From Monocercomonoides exilis PA203 (Eukaryota; Protista; Preaxostyla), in contig LSRY02000024.1 of the NCBI GenBank assembly GCA_001643675.2, positions 124,001 through 188,000 of the forward strand: DNA of 64,000 nucleotides. Reading direction: 5' to 3'. Positions 22,709 to 37,325 of the stretch are shown piece after piece (position 1 is the stretch's first letter; every line of letters begins with the position of its first letter). The notes below the pieces were generated by a model. That model made no database searches, was not told where the DNA came from, and was given only the letters and a program-made list of their open reading frames with translations. The translations under genes and the position numbers were made by a program.

Positions 22709-23588
22709 TCACTTTTGAAAATCAGAAGAAGGGGAAGGAGAAGAAGAAGAAGAATTAGAAGAAGAAGAAGAAGGAAACATTTGTGAATAGACCCTTCTCA
22801 TTGATTTATCTTCTTTTTTCTGATTAAAAATTTCTGCTTCAAAATTCATTTCTTCTTCTCTTTCTTCAAAATTCTTTCCTTTTTCATCTTCTTCTTCTCC
22901 TTCTCCCTCTTTTCTTTCTCCTCCTCCTCCTCCTCCTTCTTCTTCTTCTTCTCTTTCATCATCATCATTATCTTCTTCTTTTTCTTCTTTTTCTTCCTCT
23001 TTCTTCTCCTCTTTCTCCTTCTTTTCTTCATTTTCTTTATTCTTTTCATGATTTTCTTCATCTTTTTCGCTAATTTCTTCATTTTCTCCATTTTCTTCTC
23101 CATTTTCTCTATTTTCTCCTTCTTCCTCCTTTTTCTCTTCTTCTTTTTGACTATTTTTTTTCATTGTTGGCACAGGCAATTTAATAGAAACTCCTCTCGC
23201 TTTCACTTTCATCACCATCTTCTCCTTCTCCTTCTTCTTTTTATTCCTTTCTCTTCTTTCTCTCTCTTCTTTCTCCTTCTTCTCTTTCTCTTCTCTTTCT
23301 TTCCTCTCCTTCTCCTTCTCCTTCTCTATTTTTCTCTCTCTTTCTCTCTCTTTCTCCTTCTCCATCTCATTCCTCCTCTTCTTCGCCTCTTCTGCCCTTC
23401 TCTTTCTTTCTTCTGCTTTTTTCTCCCTCTTATCCTTCTCCTCTTTCTCCTTCTCTTTCTGTCTTCTTTCTCTTCTTCTTTCTCTTTCTTCTTCCTCTTC
23501 CTCTTCTTCTTCCTTCGCTAACGAAGAAAAATAGCTTTTTGCATTGCTCATTAATGATTGGGTTTCTATTGAATTTCTTTTCTTTTGA

Positions 23589-23623
<35 letters not shown>

Positions 23624-26380
23624 ATTAAATGGAGAAGAAGAAGAAGAATGACGAGGAGAAAGAGAAAGAGGAGAAAGAGAAGAAGCAAAAAGATGAGAGG
23701 GAGAAAGAGGAAGAGAAGGAGAAAGAGGTGACTGATAAAATTGATAAGTTGATGGAGAAGGAGAAGGAGAAGAAGAAGAAGATGAAGAAGATGAAGAAGA
23801 AGAGTTCGGAGAAATTGGGCTCGGAGAAATAGAATGTGTTGCTGGAAGATTTAATGGGGGAAGATTTAAACGAGGCGAAAGAGAAGGAGAATGACCCGGA
23901 GAAATTTTGGGGGAGTGGACCGGAGAAATTATTGGGGTGTGAGTCGGAGAAATAGACGGAGAAATAGAAGAAGGAGAAAGAGAAGAAGGAGAAGGTGAAG
24001 AAGGAGAAGGAGAAAAAGAAGAAGAAGAAGACGAAAAAAGCGGAGAATTTGGCTGGAAAAGCGGAGACAAGCAGAAACGGGGTGTGGACGGCGAAGGGAA
24101 ATTTCTCAGAGAACGAGGAGAAGCAACCGAAGCACCAAAATTCGAAGCAGTAGAAGAAGAAAAAGAATAAGAAGAAGAAGAAGGGGAAACAGGAACATTC
24201 CAAAGAGAAGAACCTCTTCTCGATGAACGAGCCGTTTTGGGTGATAAAAGCGGGTCATTTGCTGTTTGCACTGCCTCGTCCAATCTGATCAGAACCATAT
24301 CGTCCTCCAGCGGGGCAGAGAGCGGAATTTCGGGGTCGATTTCATCGAGTGGCTTGGTTTCTATTAATTCTCTCTGTTTTCTCTCTTTTTCTTTCTGTTT
24401 TTCGGCTTCTTTCTCTCTTTTTTCTGTCATTTTTGCGATGTTTTCTTTCTCCTTTGCAATTTCTTCATCTCTTGCTTTGACTCGCTGCTGCGTATTGCAC
24501 TGCCTATTTAGTCGCCTTTGTTGTTCTTCAGTGAAAGAGGAGATGGGGCGGAGAGGGGAAAAAGAAAGATAAATTGAAAGAGGAGGATGAGAAGAAGAGG
24601 AAGAAGAAGAGGAAGAAGAGGAGGAGGAAGAGGAAGAAGAGGAGGAGGAAGAAGAAGAGGAAGAAATAACAAAATTATTTTGTTGTTGGTCGAACATTCT
24701 ATTTCTGAGAGAGAGAAGAAGAGCATACAAATTCGAAGGAGTGGGAGGAAAGGGAAGAAAAGATGAATTTTCTGAATATATTTCAAAAGAAGAAGAAGAA
24801 AGAGGAGAAGAAGAAGAAGAAGAAGAAGAATTTAATTGAGAAGAAGGAGAAAGAGGAGAAGAAAAAGAGAGAGAAGAAGGAGAAGAAAATGAAGAATTTA
24901 CAGAAGAATTCCCAAAAATGAGAGAAAAAAGAGAGGAAGAAGAGAAAGGAAGAGACATTTCGACAGAATAAAGAGGAAGAAGAGAAAGAGAAAGAGAAGA
25001 AGAAGACATGAAAGAAGAAGAAGAGGAAGAAGAAAGAGAAGAAGAAGAAGAAGATGATGATGATGATAAAGATGAATGTTTTGGTGTGGAAAGAGGAGAA
25101 ATATTTGAAGAATTCAATGAAGAAGAGGAGGAAGAAGAGGAAGAAGAAGAAGAGGAAGAAGAATTAATAGAAGAAGAAGAAGAGGAAGAGGAAGATGATG
25201 AAGAAGAAGAAGAAGAAGAAGAAATATTATCATTTTCCCTCTGAAGAGGAAGGAAGAATGAAGGAGTGACGATAACTTGGCCATTCAATGGATTTATTTG
25301 GACATTTGGATTGTTTTTGAAGAGAGGAGAAAGGAAAATGGAAGAAGAAGAAGGAGGAGGAGGAGGAGAAGAAGAAGAAGATGATGATGATGATGATGAT
25401 GAATTTAATGGAGAAGATGAAAAATAATTTGAGAAAGAAGAAGTAGTAGTCGTAGAAGAAATATCGTTTTTTCCCTCAGAAAATTGCTTCTCTTTCTTTT
25501 GGCTCAACAACGACGCTCTCATCAGAGCAGATGAATAAATCGATTGAAATTTTCCTTCTTCTTCTCTTTCTTCTTCTTCTTCTTCTCTTCCTTCTCTTTC
25601 TCCTTCTTTTTCTTTTTCTTTCTTCTTCTCCTTTTCCTTTTCTTCTCTTTCTCCTTTTTCTTCTCCTTCTCCTTCTTCTCCTTCATCTTGCCCCCAAATC
25701 ATCGTCATCTCCACAAAATCCTTCATTTTCACATTTTTTTGACTCAAATTTCCTTCTTTTTTCTGTTTGGCCAAGTTTTCTCCTCCTTCTTCCTTTCCCA
25801 TTGACTGAAAACCCGGCTTTTGAGGCATTTCTCCGGAAATTCCCTCTTTCGGTGAAATTTCGCTTTTCCCATCATTCAGAATAAGTGGAAACGGATCGTC
25901 GCCTTTTCCCAAATTTGAGGGGGATATATGAAAATATGTTGGTTTTTGTACAGAAAAATAATATTTTGATTGAAATTCAGAAAGATCATCTGGTTTTTCT
26001 GTTAATGGACTGTTTTTTATTTTTATTTTTTTTTTGAAAAATTAATTATAATTCAAAAAAAATTAAAGTAAAAGTTGTCAAACCTGATGAAAGTGTGTTT
26101 CAATACGGAATCCATCAACTGTTCCTCAGTCTGTTTATACCTTTCGAATTCCTTTAAATTTGATTCATTTGCTTTTGCATTTTCACTTTCTTGTTCTGTA
26201 ATTTTTCTTTCGTTTACCCTTGCTCTTGATCTGTCAAAATAAAAACAATTTTTCAATTATAACAAGCAAAAAAAAATATTCTAAATATAATTCGAGTACA
26301 AAAAATGCAATACATTTGTGCATAACGATGTGCATCCATTTTTGATGTACTGATCTTCTGGGCATTTGATACACATTCAT
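22709..26380 (-). CDS. Low-complexity Ser/Pro-rich and Lys/Glu-rich hypothetical protein, probably multi-exon
   Basis: 1067-aa open frame. Candidate GT-AG introns at 26083-26010 and ~26313-26231; the start is uncertain. Confidence 0.6.
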
Positions 26381-27739
26381 CATGATCATTTTGTTTTGAA
26401 GACGAACGAATAACAGTAAGCAATTGCTTATTCAGATTAATATCTCTTATACGTTTCGTATATAAATTCTAATCAATCAAAAATGACGAAATATTTTTTT
26501 AAAAATGTGAATAAATATTATATTTGAAATATTGTTGTATACGTAATTATGTTCTAAAATTTGTTTGTTTCTTTCATTGCGTTTCATAATCTCCTCAATC
26601 TGAATAAAATTTAATTAAAAATATGGAGTAAAAAATTTTGAAGAATCACACATATTTGATTTTTGCCTCTTCACTTATTTTCTTTTGAGTTTCTTTTTGA
26701 AAGCTGTTCATCTATCAACGAAAAGCTAAATTTTAATTTTTGTATGCAGTAGAAAGTGGAAAGATGATTTCAGACAAATAAAGTACTTTTCAGAGAGAGT
26801 ATTAAAAAAAATACAACTTTAATAAAAAATAATGGGTTTCGAAATGATTCATATGAAATAAAGTTATATGTTTAACTTATCACTTAAAGCAATAACATTT
26901 TAAAATTGATCAATAGCTTTGAGAGAGAAATTTTTGTTTTGCAATTAAAAAATTTGATTTTTTATTTGGAACAGTGTTAAAGAATAACACAATTTTTTTT
27001 TTTTTTTTTTTTTACTTTTTTTTTTTTTTTTTTTTTTTTCATTCATCACAAACCAATAATTAGATAATTCAAACCATATTTCAAGGATAAATCACTTAAA
27101 GCACTTTTTTCAATATGGGTGATTTTTTTGATATCATAAAAAATTACGAAGTTTGATCATTATTATTTTTTATAAAGGGTGGGGTTTATTAGAAAATTTT
27201 TATTAATATTTTAATAAAAATATAGTTTAAAATATAATCATTATTAATTATTTGTTGTTTTTAATTTGTTTCCAATTTATTTTATTACAAATATCATAAA
27301 ATAAAAATAATTTCAAAAAAAAAAACTCGAAAATTCAATAAACATTATAAAACATAAGTTATCTTGTTTGAGAAGCATGATAATGATTGTTTCAATACTC
27401 AATAAATCAATTTCTTAAATGAAGAATGTTAAATAATGTTATTGAAAAGAAATTTCAAAATAGATGTTGAAGATCCAAATAAATATGTTGAAAAAAACAA
27501 TTATCGAAAACACAAAAACAAAAATATGATTGTTATGCAGGATATTTCACAAGAAATTCACAGTTTGCAGTTTATTTCGATTTTAAAACAAATAATGCAC
27601 AAAAGAACTTTTGTTGATTTATTCGTCAAAAGAAGTGACAGATGATAATAAAAAAAACACTATTTAAAAAATTGAACAATACAATTTGTGAATTTTCATT
27701 TTTTGCGCAAAAAAATGCTTCCATTAAACGAAAATCTTC

Positions 27740-30700
27740 ACTTGCACTTTTTTATCTTTCTCTATCTCTGTCTTCCATCCTCTTCCTCGTCTTTTAAATA
27801 CATTTGGATGTCTTCCTCCTCAGATGCTCTGCTGTTGTCACCTTTCTCAACACCTGCATCACCACCCACTGCCACTTCTCCTTCACTCCTCATTAGCATC
27901 TGCTCACTCTTCCCTCTTCTCCTTCCTCGATAGGTCCCTCGCTGTGTTCTCCTCCCTCTTTTCCTCTCCAAAACATCCTTTCCACTTCAGCTCAATGCTC
28001 ATTTGTGCTTGCAAAGTTACCCTTCGCCTCTCCAGGATATCTGTCCATTCCCTCCACCTCACCTGCCCTGCTATTCGTGCTCTCCCCGCTTCCTCCCTCT
28101 TCCTCTCCCACGCCAACCTCTCCACCCTACGTCCTGCCTAGCCTCTGCTGGTTTTTCAATAATAGCATCAGCTTCTTCGTTGAGCATCTCATCACCACTA
28201 TTTATCCACTGAATGATTCAGCGTGTTATTTTCATCTTTCTGTTTTAAATAAGTCAACAAGCTTCTTCAGCATGATGTTCTCCTTCTTCACTACCATTTC
28301 TTTCGACCAGTTCAGAGGCGAACAACCGTGAACATATCGACAGCTACTTGTTCACCTGCAACTGATCAGCCCTTCCCGAATAACACCTTTGCCCACAACA
28401 ACATCATCTGCTATGATGCCTGTGAGCTTAACATTGCCTCGCTTTGACAAAGCGAGTGCGTACTTTCTGTCACTTCCAAGTGGCATCCCAACCACGGATA
28501 AGCTCTTCGAAGTATCACCTTTTTAATCCCTTCCCTGCTGTTTGTTGCTGTGCTTAAGGACACTCATGAAAAAGAAGCAGCAGACTGAATGATTCAGATA
28601 AATAACAATTGATTATTTCTCCGTTTTAGCGTTCTTTTACTGCTCGTTGAAGTCTTCTCTTCTAACTTCTCTCCTTTTCCATATTATCCTTTTTTCTTTT
28701 AAAATCTCTTCAATTTTTTCAAATCCAAATTCCATTCATAATATTCTGTTTTTAATAAATTTATCTTTCTCTTTATCTTCATTCTCTTCATTCACCAAAT
28801 AATTTTCTTTTCATTTTTTGAAGAAGATGATTTCTTCATAAATACTATTCTTTTTTTTTTCCGCTGTTATTCCTTATGAAGATGTAAAAAATGAAGAAAT
28901 ACGATAAGAAGAAGAAGATGATGATGATGACTACGATGATGAATCAGATGGTAGCTGTAACAAAAGCAGAGCAAGGAGGACAGTTGCAGGTGAAGATGAA
29001 AGAATATCCTTTAAAAAAAGAAAGAATTTTGAAAAAATAGACTTCGCGTCGTAGAATTATTAGGAACTGTTCCAGATGGCTGGGAGAAAAGAAAGAGAAG
29101 GAGATGTTCGTTGATAACTCTGAAGTGAAAGAGAATGAGTCGAAGGAAAAGGGAGGGAAACTGAAGATGGAGAATTTTTTTATGTGAATGACGGAGAAGA
29201 GGAAGAAGGAGAAGGAGATTGCGAAAATTGAGAGAGATGAAACTGAGAGGAGGTGATGCTTGTCTGAAGCTGATGTGGAAGAATTGCTGAGAATTAGTCT
29301 TTCTTTATCTGATAGGGAAGTTCTCCTCTTCTTCCGCTTGCTGTTCCTTATGCATTTATCGCATGCCAACAGAAGTTGTATTAGCTTCATCAGCAGCAGG
29401 ATTTGAAGATCCACTCAGGTCCAGTGCATCTGTTGTTATATTCGATGCCAATGAAGTTGACTGAGACTCAGATGTTTGCTGGACAGAAGCAAAAGCGGAA
29501 GGTGTGGCATGTGCGAATGCAGCACCAACAACCTCCAATCGCTGGATGAGAGAGGCAGAAATGAACATCGAAGGAGAAGAAGAAGGTTTCTGGACATGGT
29601 GTGTCTCGAATATGGCTGATATTTTGTGGAGCAAGTCCTTCTTCACCATCAGCCTGTGAGCAGCGGTTGCAACAGCAGTGAGTGCAGTGCGCGTGGCCAG
29701 CAGACAAAGCAGCAGGCGATTGGACTACGCGGCAGAATGTCCGAGGGGCTGCGTGGAGAATGAGATGATGGAAGGTGTTGTGCTGAAGGATAGCATGGAC
29801 CGAGAAATGGAAATAGAAGCGACGAAGGAGGTGAATAAAGAAGGGATGGAGAACACGGAAGATGAAGTGAAAGATACTGAAAGAATCTTTGAAAGCAGAG
29901 TGTAGACGATAGAAGTGAGTGGATGAGAAAGATGGAGATGACACACGTTGACAAGAGGAACCTATGAAAACTTGAGAGAAAAAGTCAGAATCGAATGCTG
30001 CTCCCCTTTCTGTGGATACTCAATGCACAGCGGAACAACCTGAAATGTCAGACTTGTCAGTTCGAGAAGAGTTTTTTTGATGGATGGGACGCATGCTATT
30101 CTCTGCGGAGAAACAAAAATTGCATTTTCGGAGGCAGACAGCAGAAGTTGTTGGTTTTTGAAAAAGACAGACGAAGCAAACAAAAGTGGGTCAAGCAGAA
30201 TATTCGCATTGATTGCATATAACTCTCTTTCCATTGCATTCAAAGAGAAATTATTTTCATCATTCTTTCTATTGATCTTGTTGTGCACATCAGACTCATT
30301 GCTGTAGATTCCTCTCACTTCGCAGAACAGCTCAGCTGTGCCTCTTGCCTCGTCCACTCCTTCCACAGCTGCCCTTCCTTCTCCTCTCCACACATTCATC
30401 TCCTTTCTCATGTTCTCCACCAGTTGTGCATCTCTCACAGTATCTTCTCCTCCCAAGCTGAACATCCTCGTTCCACACAACAGGCTCAGAAACGAGTTCG
30501 CATCATTTGCCAATACTTTCCCTGTTTCACCAGCATGCGAAGAAGGAATGGTTGTTTGCTTTGGAAGCTGAGGTGACCAAAACTGGTTGAAAAGATGGAA
30601 GAGTGCCTTTCCGAGAGAGTGAAGCAAATAAGCGCCTTCATCCTGCCCAATCTGTTCATCAACTTCACAAACAGCTTCTTCGGCCCTGTCTTTTGTTTGT

Positions 30701-33700
30701 TTTTCTCCCCAAACACAGAATTGTTCCCAAGGTCATCCACTCTTCCTCCTCCATCTTCTTTATTTGCATTGGCATGCCTGTCTGGCTAGACAAACTCGCT
30801 AATAAACAAGCCGTGGAAAACCTGTTTCTCGCAGCTGCTCTGAGATGTGCCTGCAATTCTCTGCCGAGTGTTGCTCTGATGGCAGACAAGGCAAGATGCC
30901 TTTTTGACACAGAAACAGCCACCAAGATGTGGCTGCTGTGTCTTCTGGCGGGTGCTGTCTGGCTTCTCTGCTGCCTTCTGAGCCAATTGAGTTCTCGTCT
31001 TCTTCTTTCTCTCCATTTTCCTTTGCAGACTTGGGTGAAGGAAAGGTGAACTGCAGATGGGTTGGACTGAGCTCTCCGCAGACGATGGTTAAGGTGTGTG
31101 AGAAAGTGACATGCGACTTCTTCTGATTGCTCTTTTGGGATGCCGATGAAAGCATCTTTCGCTGCTTGGGAGTGAAGCGCAGGGCAGGGCGTGAAGTTAA
31201 GTCTTCTTTTCTTTCTGTTGTCTTTTATGTTTCATCGGCATTTGATGTTTCAGCAGATCGTGTTATATCCAAACTGTCTTCATCACCGCTAACGTAACAA
31301 TCATCGCTATCGTCGTTGTCATCATCTTCACTGTCTTCTTCTGCTTCTTCAGTGTCTGCTGCACCTGCTCCGTTCACTCACTCTCTCCTCTCTTCATTCC
31401 GCTTCAAATAATACACGTTCTTCCCTTTCCCTCTCGGCCACATCTTTCTTTTTGGCGTCTTTGCCTTGATTTTCTCTTCCTGAACGAGATTTGAAGGCAG
31501 CAGAAGGAAGACTGGCTTGATTAGAGGAATAATACTTCCATGTGTCAGCTTCAGTATGTTCTTCTTCTTCTTCGTAAGTGCCTCCTTCTTCTGCCTCTCT
31601 TTCATCTCAGCTGCATTAAATGTTGCTTCAACTCAGCTGTTTTCTCTCATTTTTGCCGAGTTGCATGTGTTCGAGGTGTCATATTCAAAAACAGATCTGC
31701 TCTTTTCCAGTGTCTGCAGAATGGACCGTGTACTTGTCAAAAATATCTTTGCACTGAGAATCCTGTCTTACTCCATGTCTTCATCTTCTTCCTCCTCCTC
31801 ATCCTCATCAAAAACTTCCTCGTCATATTCATTTCCATCAATGTTTCTGTCACTTCTTCCACTTGTCTCACTCGTGTCAGACACAGAAGAGTCAAATGTG
31901 ATGCTGCCTTCTGCCACTCAAAGAAGCTCCAACTTTTTCGAAGGAAGCTCACTCAGGACAGCTTATGAACACATCATCGGACTTGTCTTTGATCGGAATG
32001 CTTTTCCTTTCACTTTCATTCTCGCTTATCCTCTCCGCTTTTCATCTTTTTGCCTGCAAAACTCCAATTCATCTGATAGAAGCTCATCAAACACAGAAAA
32101 AATTCTTCACTTCTCTTTCTCCTTTCTCCTTTTTTTTTTCATCTTCTTTCACTTTCTCTTTGTTTCCAAGCTTCCTCTAACTCTCCAATGTTGCAAAAGT
32201 TGACTCCAAACGCCTCGCATTCTGTACAGTCACATTTGCACTTGCTCCTCCTTTGCTCTTCTTACCCTGCTGACTTAACCCCATTGCAATCATCATTCGC
32301 TTCCTCCGCATCTTCGGTAGTCTTTCTCTTGAAATAGCTAGCGGTACTTGTTCCATCCCTACACGGAATAGCTTCTTCTTCTAGCTGCTATAATTATTAT
32401 TATTATTAATGTTATTTCCACTTCCTCCCATCTTGTTTGTCAGCCCCAGCTCTTCTGATTTAAATTCTGGTAGAGCTATCCTTGAGCCTGTGTGTGTCTT
32501 CATACGAACTGTCCGCTTGAAGGCAGCAAGCGCTTTTTTTTCTCCACTTCTTTTGAGTGCTCTTCCGAATGCAGTTGATGGGATGCTCAGCAGTGAAACA
32601 GAAGAAGAAGAAAATGATGATGAAGAGGGATTCTTGGCTTGAGCATTTGATATAGGGAAAGAGGCAGTTGGAAAGCCAGCACTTGACGATGCAGAGGTGG
32701 AAGAAGAAGCAGCAGAAGCAGAAGTTGTATTGTTCTGTAGCAAATTTGCAGCTTTGAGCAACTTCGATGTGCGTGTTGTTGTTCTCGCCCTGCGCGAAAG
32801 TTTGATTTGAGGCGAGAATTTATTCGGGGCGTGTGTTGAGGCAGCTGTTCTGACTGATTTTCCAGGCGATTCTGTTTTGTTTGCCACAGAAGAAGTGGAA
32901 GAAGTGGAAGAAGAAGAAGAAGACTGAAGATTGAGTGAATTTGAGCTTCCTTCTTCCTCTTTTGTGTAAGTTTGTTGTTCTTCACTGACTTTGTTTGAAT
33001 CACTCACTGTGTTGTTAACATCTTCATTGTCATTTACATTTTCATTTCCTTCTTTCTTCTTCTCATTCTCTTCTTCCTCTTCTTCTTTCTTCCCTTGCCT
33101 CTCTCGCTGCAAACAATGAATTCTCTTTCCCAATCGTCTTCTTCCCTCTTTTTGGCTTTCCCCTGTGTGGCTTTCGGAAGTCGAGGTCTAACATCTTCGG
33201 TGCATGCACTTGCCTTTTCCCTTCGACGATGTCTGAGGCAGACAGCTGATGGCGAAGGGGAGATGAGGGATGAGGGGGCAGAGGGGAACTGGGGGTGGAG
33301 GAAGGATAGGGTGAAGATGAGGGAGAAGAGGAAGGAGAAGGAGAAGGAGAAGGAGAGGAGGAGGAGGAGGAAGAGGAAGAAGATGGAATGCCCTTTCTTC
33401 TCTTTGAAGGAGAACGGGGAGAAGGCAATTGCTTTGATGGAATGGATGATGAAGTTGTAGGAGGAAAAGAAGTATTTGAAGCAGCAGAAGCAGCAGAAGA
33501 AGAAGTTATTGAAGATGACATCACAGTTGATGCTTCTGATGAAGGAGCAGAAGCATCTGATTTCATTTCTGTTGAATTTGTTGGTGTTATTTTTCCCTTG
33601 TCTCCGTCCTCACCGATCATGTCTTCTTCTCTTTTCACAACATCTCCTTTGCTTATCTCAATCATCTCTTTCTTCATCTGCTTCACTGTTTGAGACAGAA

Positions 33701-36140
33701 CACTCGGCGCTTCATTCAACTGAGCCATTCCCATTCCACTTCCACTTCCACTTCCACCACCACTTCTCTCTCTCTCTCTCTCTCTTTCTCTTTCTCTTTC
33801 TTTCTCTCTCTCTTTCTCCATTTTCACCTCATCATTAGCACTTCTCAGCAAGTTGTTGATGTTCATCTTTTGTGTCTGTGTCTGTGGCTGTGTCTGTGTG
33901 TGAGTGAGAGGGCTAAGTGGAGGATGTGCTTGATGCTTGCTGGAGCGCCTGGAGTGTGAGGGAACAATGGAAAGACGAGAATTCAAAGAAGACTTGCCCA
34001 AAAGACGAGAGGCGGTGGAAGAAAGAGAGGAGAAATGAGAAGAAGAAGAAGTTAAAGAAGAGGAAGATAAACGAGAACGAAAAGAAACAGAAGAAGTTGA
34101 AGAAGAAGCAGAAGAAGATGATGAACCAGGAGGAGGCATCAGCTGAGGGTGAGGAATGTTCCTCTGCTTCATTCCGTAGTAATAATTGGTCGATGGATGT
34201 GAAAGAGGCACAAGTGCTGTTGAATTCTCATGAGAAGAAGAAGATGATGATGAAGAGGAAGAAGAGGAAGCAGAAGAGGAGGAGGAGGAGGAAGAAGAAG
34301 AAGAACGTAAGGATTTCGGAATGACCTGCATATTTCTGAGTGCGCCTTTTGGAGCTGACTTCTCTTTGTCCTTCACTCGCTGCTGTTCAGCCACGTAATT
34401 CGCTCTCTGCTTTTCGAAATCTCTCAGCTCTGCCTCAAACGCAGCTGATATGCCGTCCAATTCACGATGGAGCTCAGGAATGAAGAGAGTGTTGATGTAA
34501 TGGGCAACGAAACGGGGCTGGAGGAAAAGAGGGAGGGAAGAGAAATGGAAAAAGGAGGAGGAGGAAGAAGAGGAAGAAGAAGAAGATGATGATGATGATG
34601 AATGATGTTGGTGATTTATTTGATTGGAATGTTCAGATGAAGTGGAAGATGATGTGACAGACGGAAGAAGAGGAGAAGAAGCAAGAGATGCTGTTGGAAT
34701 TCCAAAAGAAGAGGAAGAAGAGGAAGAGGAAGAAGGAGAGGAAGGAAAAGAGGAAGTTGAAGGAGAAATGGTAGAAGGTACAGAAGGAGTGAACGAAGGA
34801 GTGAAAGAGACAGAACATGAAGATGAGAGCATTGGGAGAGAAGAAGAAATAGAAGCAGAAGCAGAATAAACAGCTGAATGCACAGAGAGAAGCATGTTTC
34901 CTTCTTTCTTCACAGGCGACGAAGGCGGAGTGAAGATTGAGTACAGCTGCTCTTCGTATTCCAACGGCGCTGTGATGTGCTCTTTGCAGAAGCCGGCTCG
35001 TCTGTCAGAGGCAGCAAGAGATCTTGTTCGGATGCTGCTTGAAGAAGGAGAGGAGAGAGAAGAGAGAGGAGAGAGAGAAGAAAAGGAGGAAAGGGATGAA
35101 AGAGAAGGAGAAGAAGAATTAAGAGATAAAAGAGGAACTTGTGCAGACAGTGTTAGTTGAGATGGATGAGATGAGTGGGGAAGATGAGGAAGATATGTTG
35201 AATGGGAAGAGGAAAGAGGAAGAGAAACAGAGGGAGACAGAGAAGGAGATAAAGAAGCAGCATAACTGCCATTCTCACTCATATTCTCATTCACATTGAA
35301 ACTTCCATTGCCATTGTCATTGACACTTCCACTTTCATTCACACTTGCTGTGTCAATTGCATCTGCTGTTGCATTCCCAACAGAAGATTGTCTTTCCTCT
35401 TCCACCTCCATCTGCCCATTACCCTCATTTGATGTCTCATTTGAAGCAGACTCATCAGAAGGTGGAAGCTCAAATCTGACAGTTGGAGTAAAACTGTTCA
35501 TCTGCTGCTGCTGCTGTTGCTGTTGACTCATCTGCTGGTTCATCCTCATTTGCTGCTGCTGTTGTTGAAGTAGCTCTTTCTCCAGTTGCTCATTCTGAAG
35601 AGTGCGAAGATGGCGCAACACACGGCTCGACAGCAGGTGAAGGTTCGAATCCTTCTTGAGGCGCTTGATCTTCTTGGCAGAACTTAACTTCTGGAAGGAG
35701 GTGGAGTTGGACAAGGGAGAAAGAGAAGAAGGTGGAAGAGAAGAAGAAGATGATGATGAAGATGACGACGACGAAGAAGAAGAGGAGGAGGAAGAAGATG
35801 ATGATAAAGAAGAGAAAGGAGAAGGTGAAATGGATGGTGATGGAGCAGATGAAGTGTGTGTTGAAAGAGGCGAGCGAGGAAGATTGGCTGTGCGCAGACG
35901 AGGATGAATACGAGAGTCTGCTGTTTTGTTCTTTGAGAGCTGAAATGAGTCTGGTCTGAGTGTTGGAGACAGCAAAGGAGGAGGAGAAGGAGGAGAAGCT
36001 GAAACTGAGGAAGAAGGAGAAGCAGCAGAAGCAGCAGAAGCAGCAGAAGCAGCAGAAGCAGAAGAAGCAGAAAAAGAGGAGGAAAATAAAGACGAAAATT
36101 ATGATAACGAAGAGGGAGATAAGGAAGATAATTTAGTGGA
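27740..36140 (-). pseudogene. Degraded low-complexity gene(s), including the 970-aa Ser/Gln-rich ORF 35975-33063
   Basis: Coding-like composition throughout. There is a frame switch near 33130 into ORF 33133-32381 and many in-frame stops downstream. No domain recognised. Confidence 0.45.
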
Positions 36141-36280
36141 TGTGTTATTTGGAAAAGCGGCTTATGATTAATATGAGGAAGAAAACGATGAAGAGGAGGA
36201 ATGTGAAATGGAACAATCTTTCGATAAATGGGGAGAAGTTTGAGATGATGATGAAAGCATTGAAGTCGTGCGACTGAACT

Positions 36281-36800
36281 TCATTCAAGCAAAAAAATGA
36301 AGCAATGTTCGCACATTCCTCTGATGTTGAAAACATACCACCGAAAAGGGAATAGGCGAGAATGGGAAGACGAATGAGATGAATGGAAGGACGAGAGGGG
36401 AAAGGAAAAAGATTTTTGAGAAAAAGCATTAGCAGCAGCAGCAGAAGATGATGATGATGAAAAAGAAAAAGAAGAAGAAGAAGATGGTTGAGGAATACTA
36501 CTGGATGCAATGGTGGTGGCAGTTGTGCCATTTCCGATGATTTTTGTGTCAACCGTTCTGAAAGTGAGTATTTGAAGAGGAACAAATGTTGAGGTGAGGA
36601 GAGTGAGGGAGGCGTCTTGGAGGAGGGAAATGAAGCCAGCGAGGGCAAACTCGATGGCGGCACATGGGGTCTTTTGGGGTCTTCCACAGACATCAGCATC
36701 GGTTCCATTGTTGGCAGCAATTTTGTTCTGGGCAATGAGGGGGAGCCAGCCATTGAAAGTTTCATTGTCAGCAGTTACTGCATTCCACACTCTTTTAGTT
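36281..36800 (-). pseudogene. Isolated fragment of the surface-protein family
   Basis: NGTDADVCGRPQKTPCAAIEFAL...TKIIGNGTTATTI resembles the GxDxxxCGxxxxPCxTI module of the two giant proteins. Confidence 0.6.
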
Positions 36801-37325
36801 TGAGTTGTTGAACCACAATTTTCAAATGGTTTTGCTCCTGTTTCTTTTCTCTTTGCTATGATTTCATTCAGAAAATATATTTCCTTCTGATTCTTCTGAA
36901 CTCTATCGTCATGTTCTCTTTCTTCATCTTCATCCAACAAAAATTAAACTTCATTTCAAGTGAACTGTTAATTCTCCAAAAATCTTTTTTAATTAATAAA
37001 GAAATTCATTTCTTCATTATTTAGTTAATTTGCTTTCATCTTTTTTTCTCCATCTTCAATGCACGTTGTGTCACGATAAATAGCTATCAATATACGATAA
37101 ACATGAAAAATAAAATCCAAAAGTCAGATGAATAAATTTATAAATAAATTTTAAAAATCAATGAAGATAAGTTCTGAGTATATTCAAAGAAATAATAAGT
37201 CAAAATAAAGAATCAAAAAAAAGATAGATCGAATTAATAATAATGGAGAAAAAACCAATTAACCATGATGAAATAAAAATTAAAGTCAAAGAAATACTCA
37301 TTAAAATAGAATCACTTACAGACAT

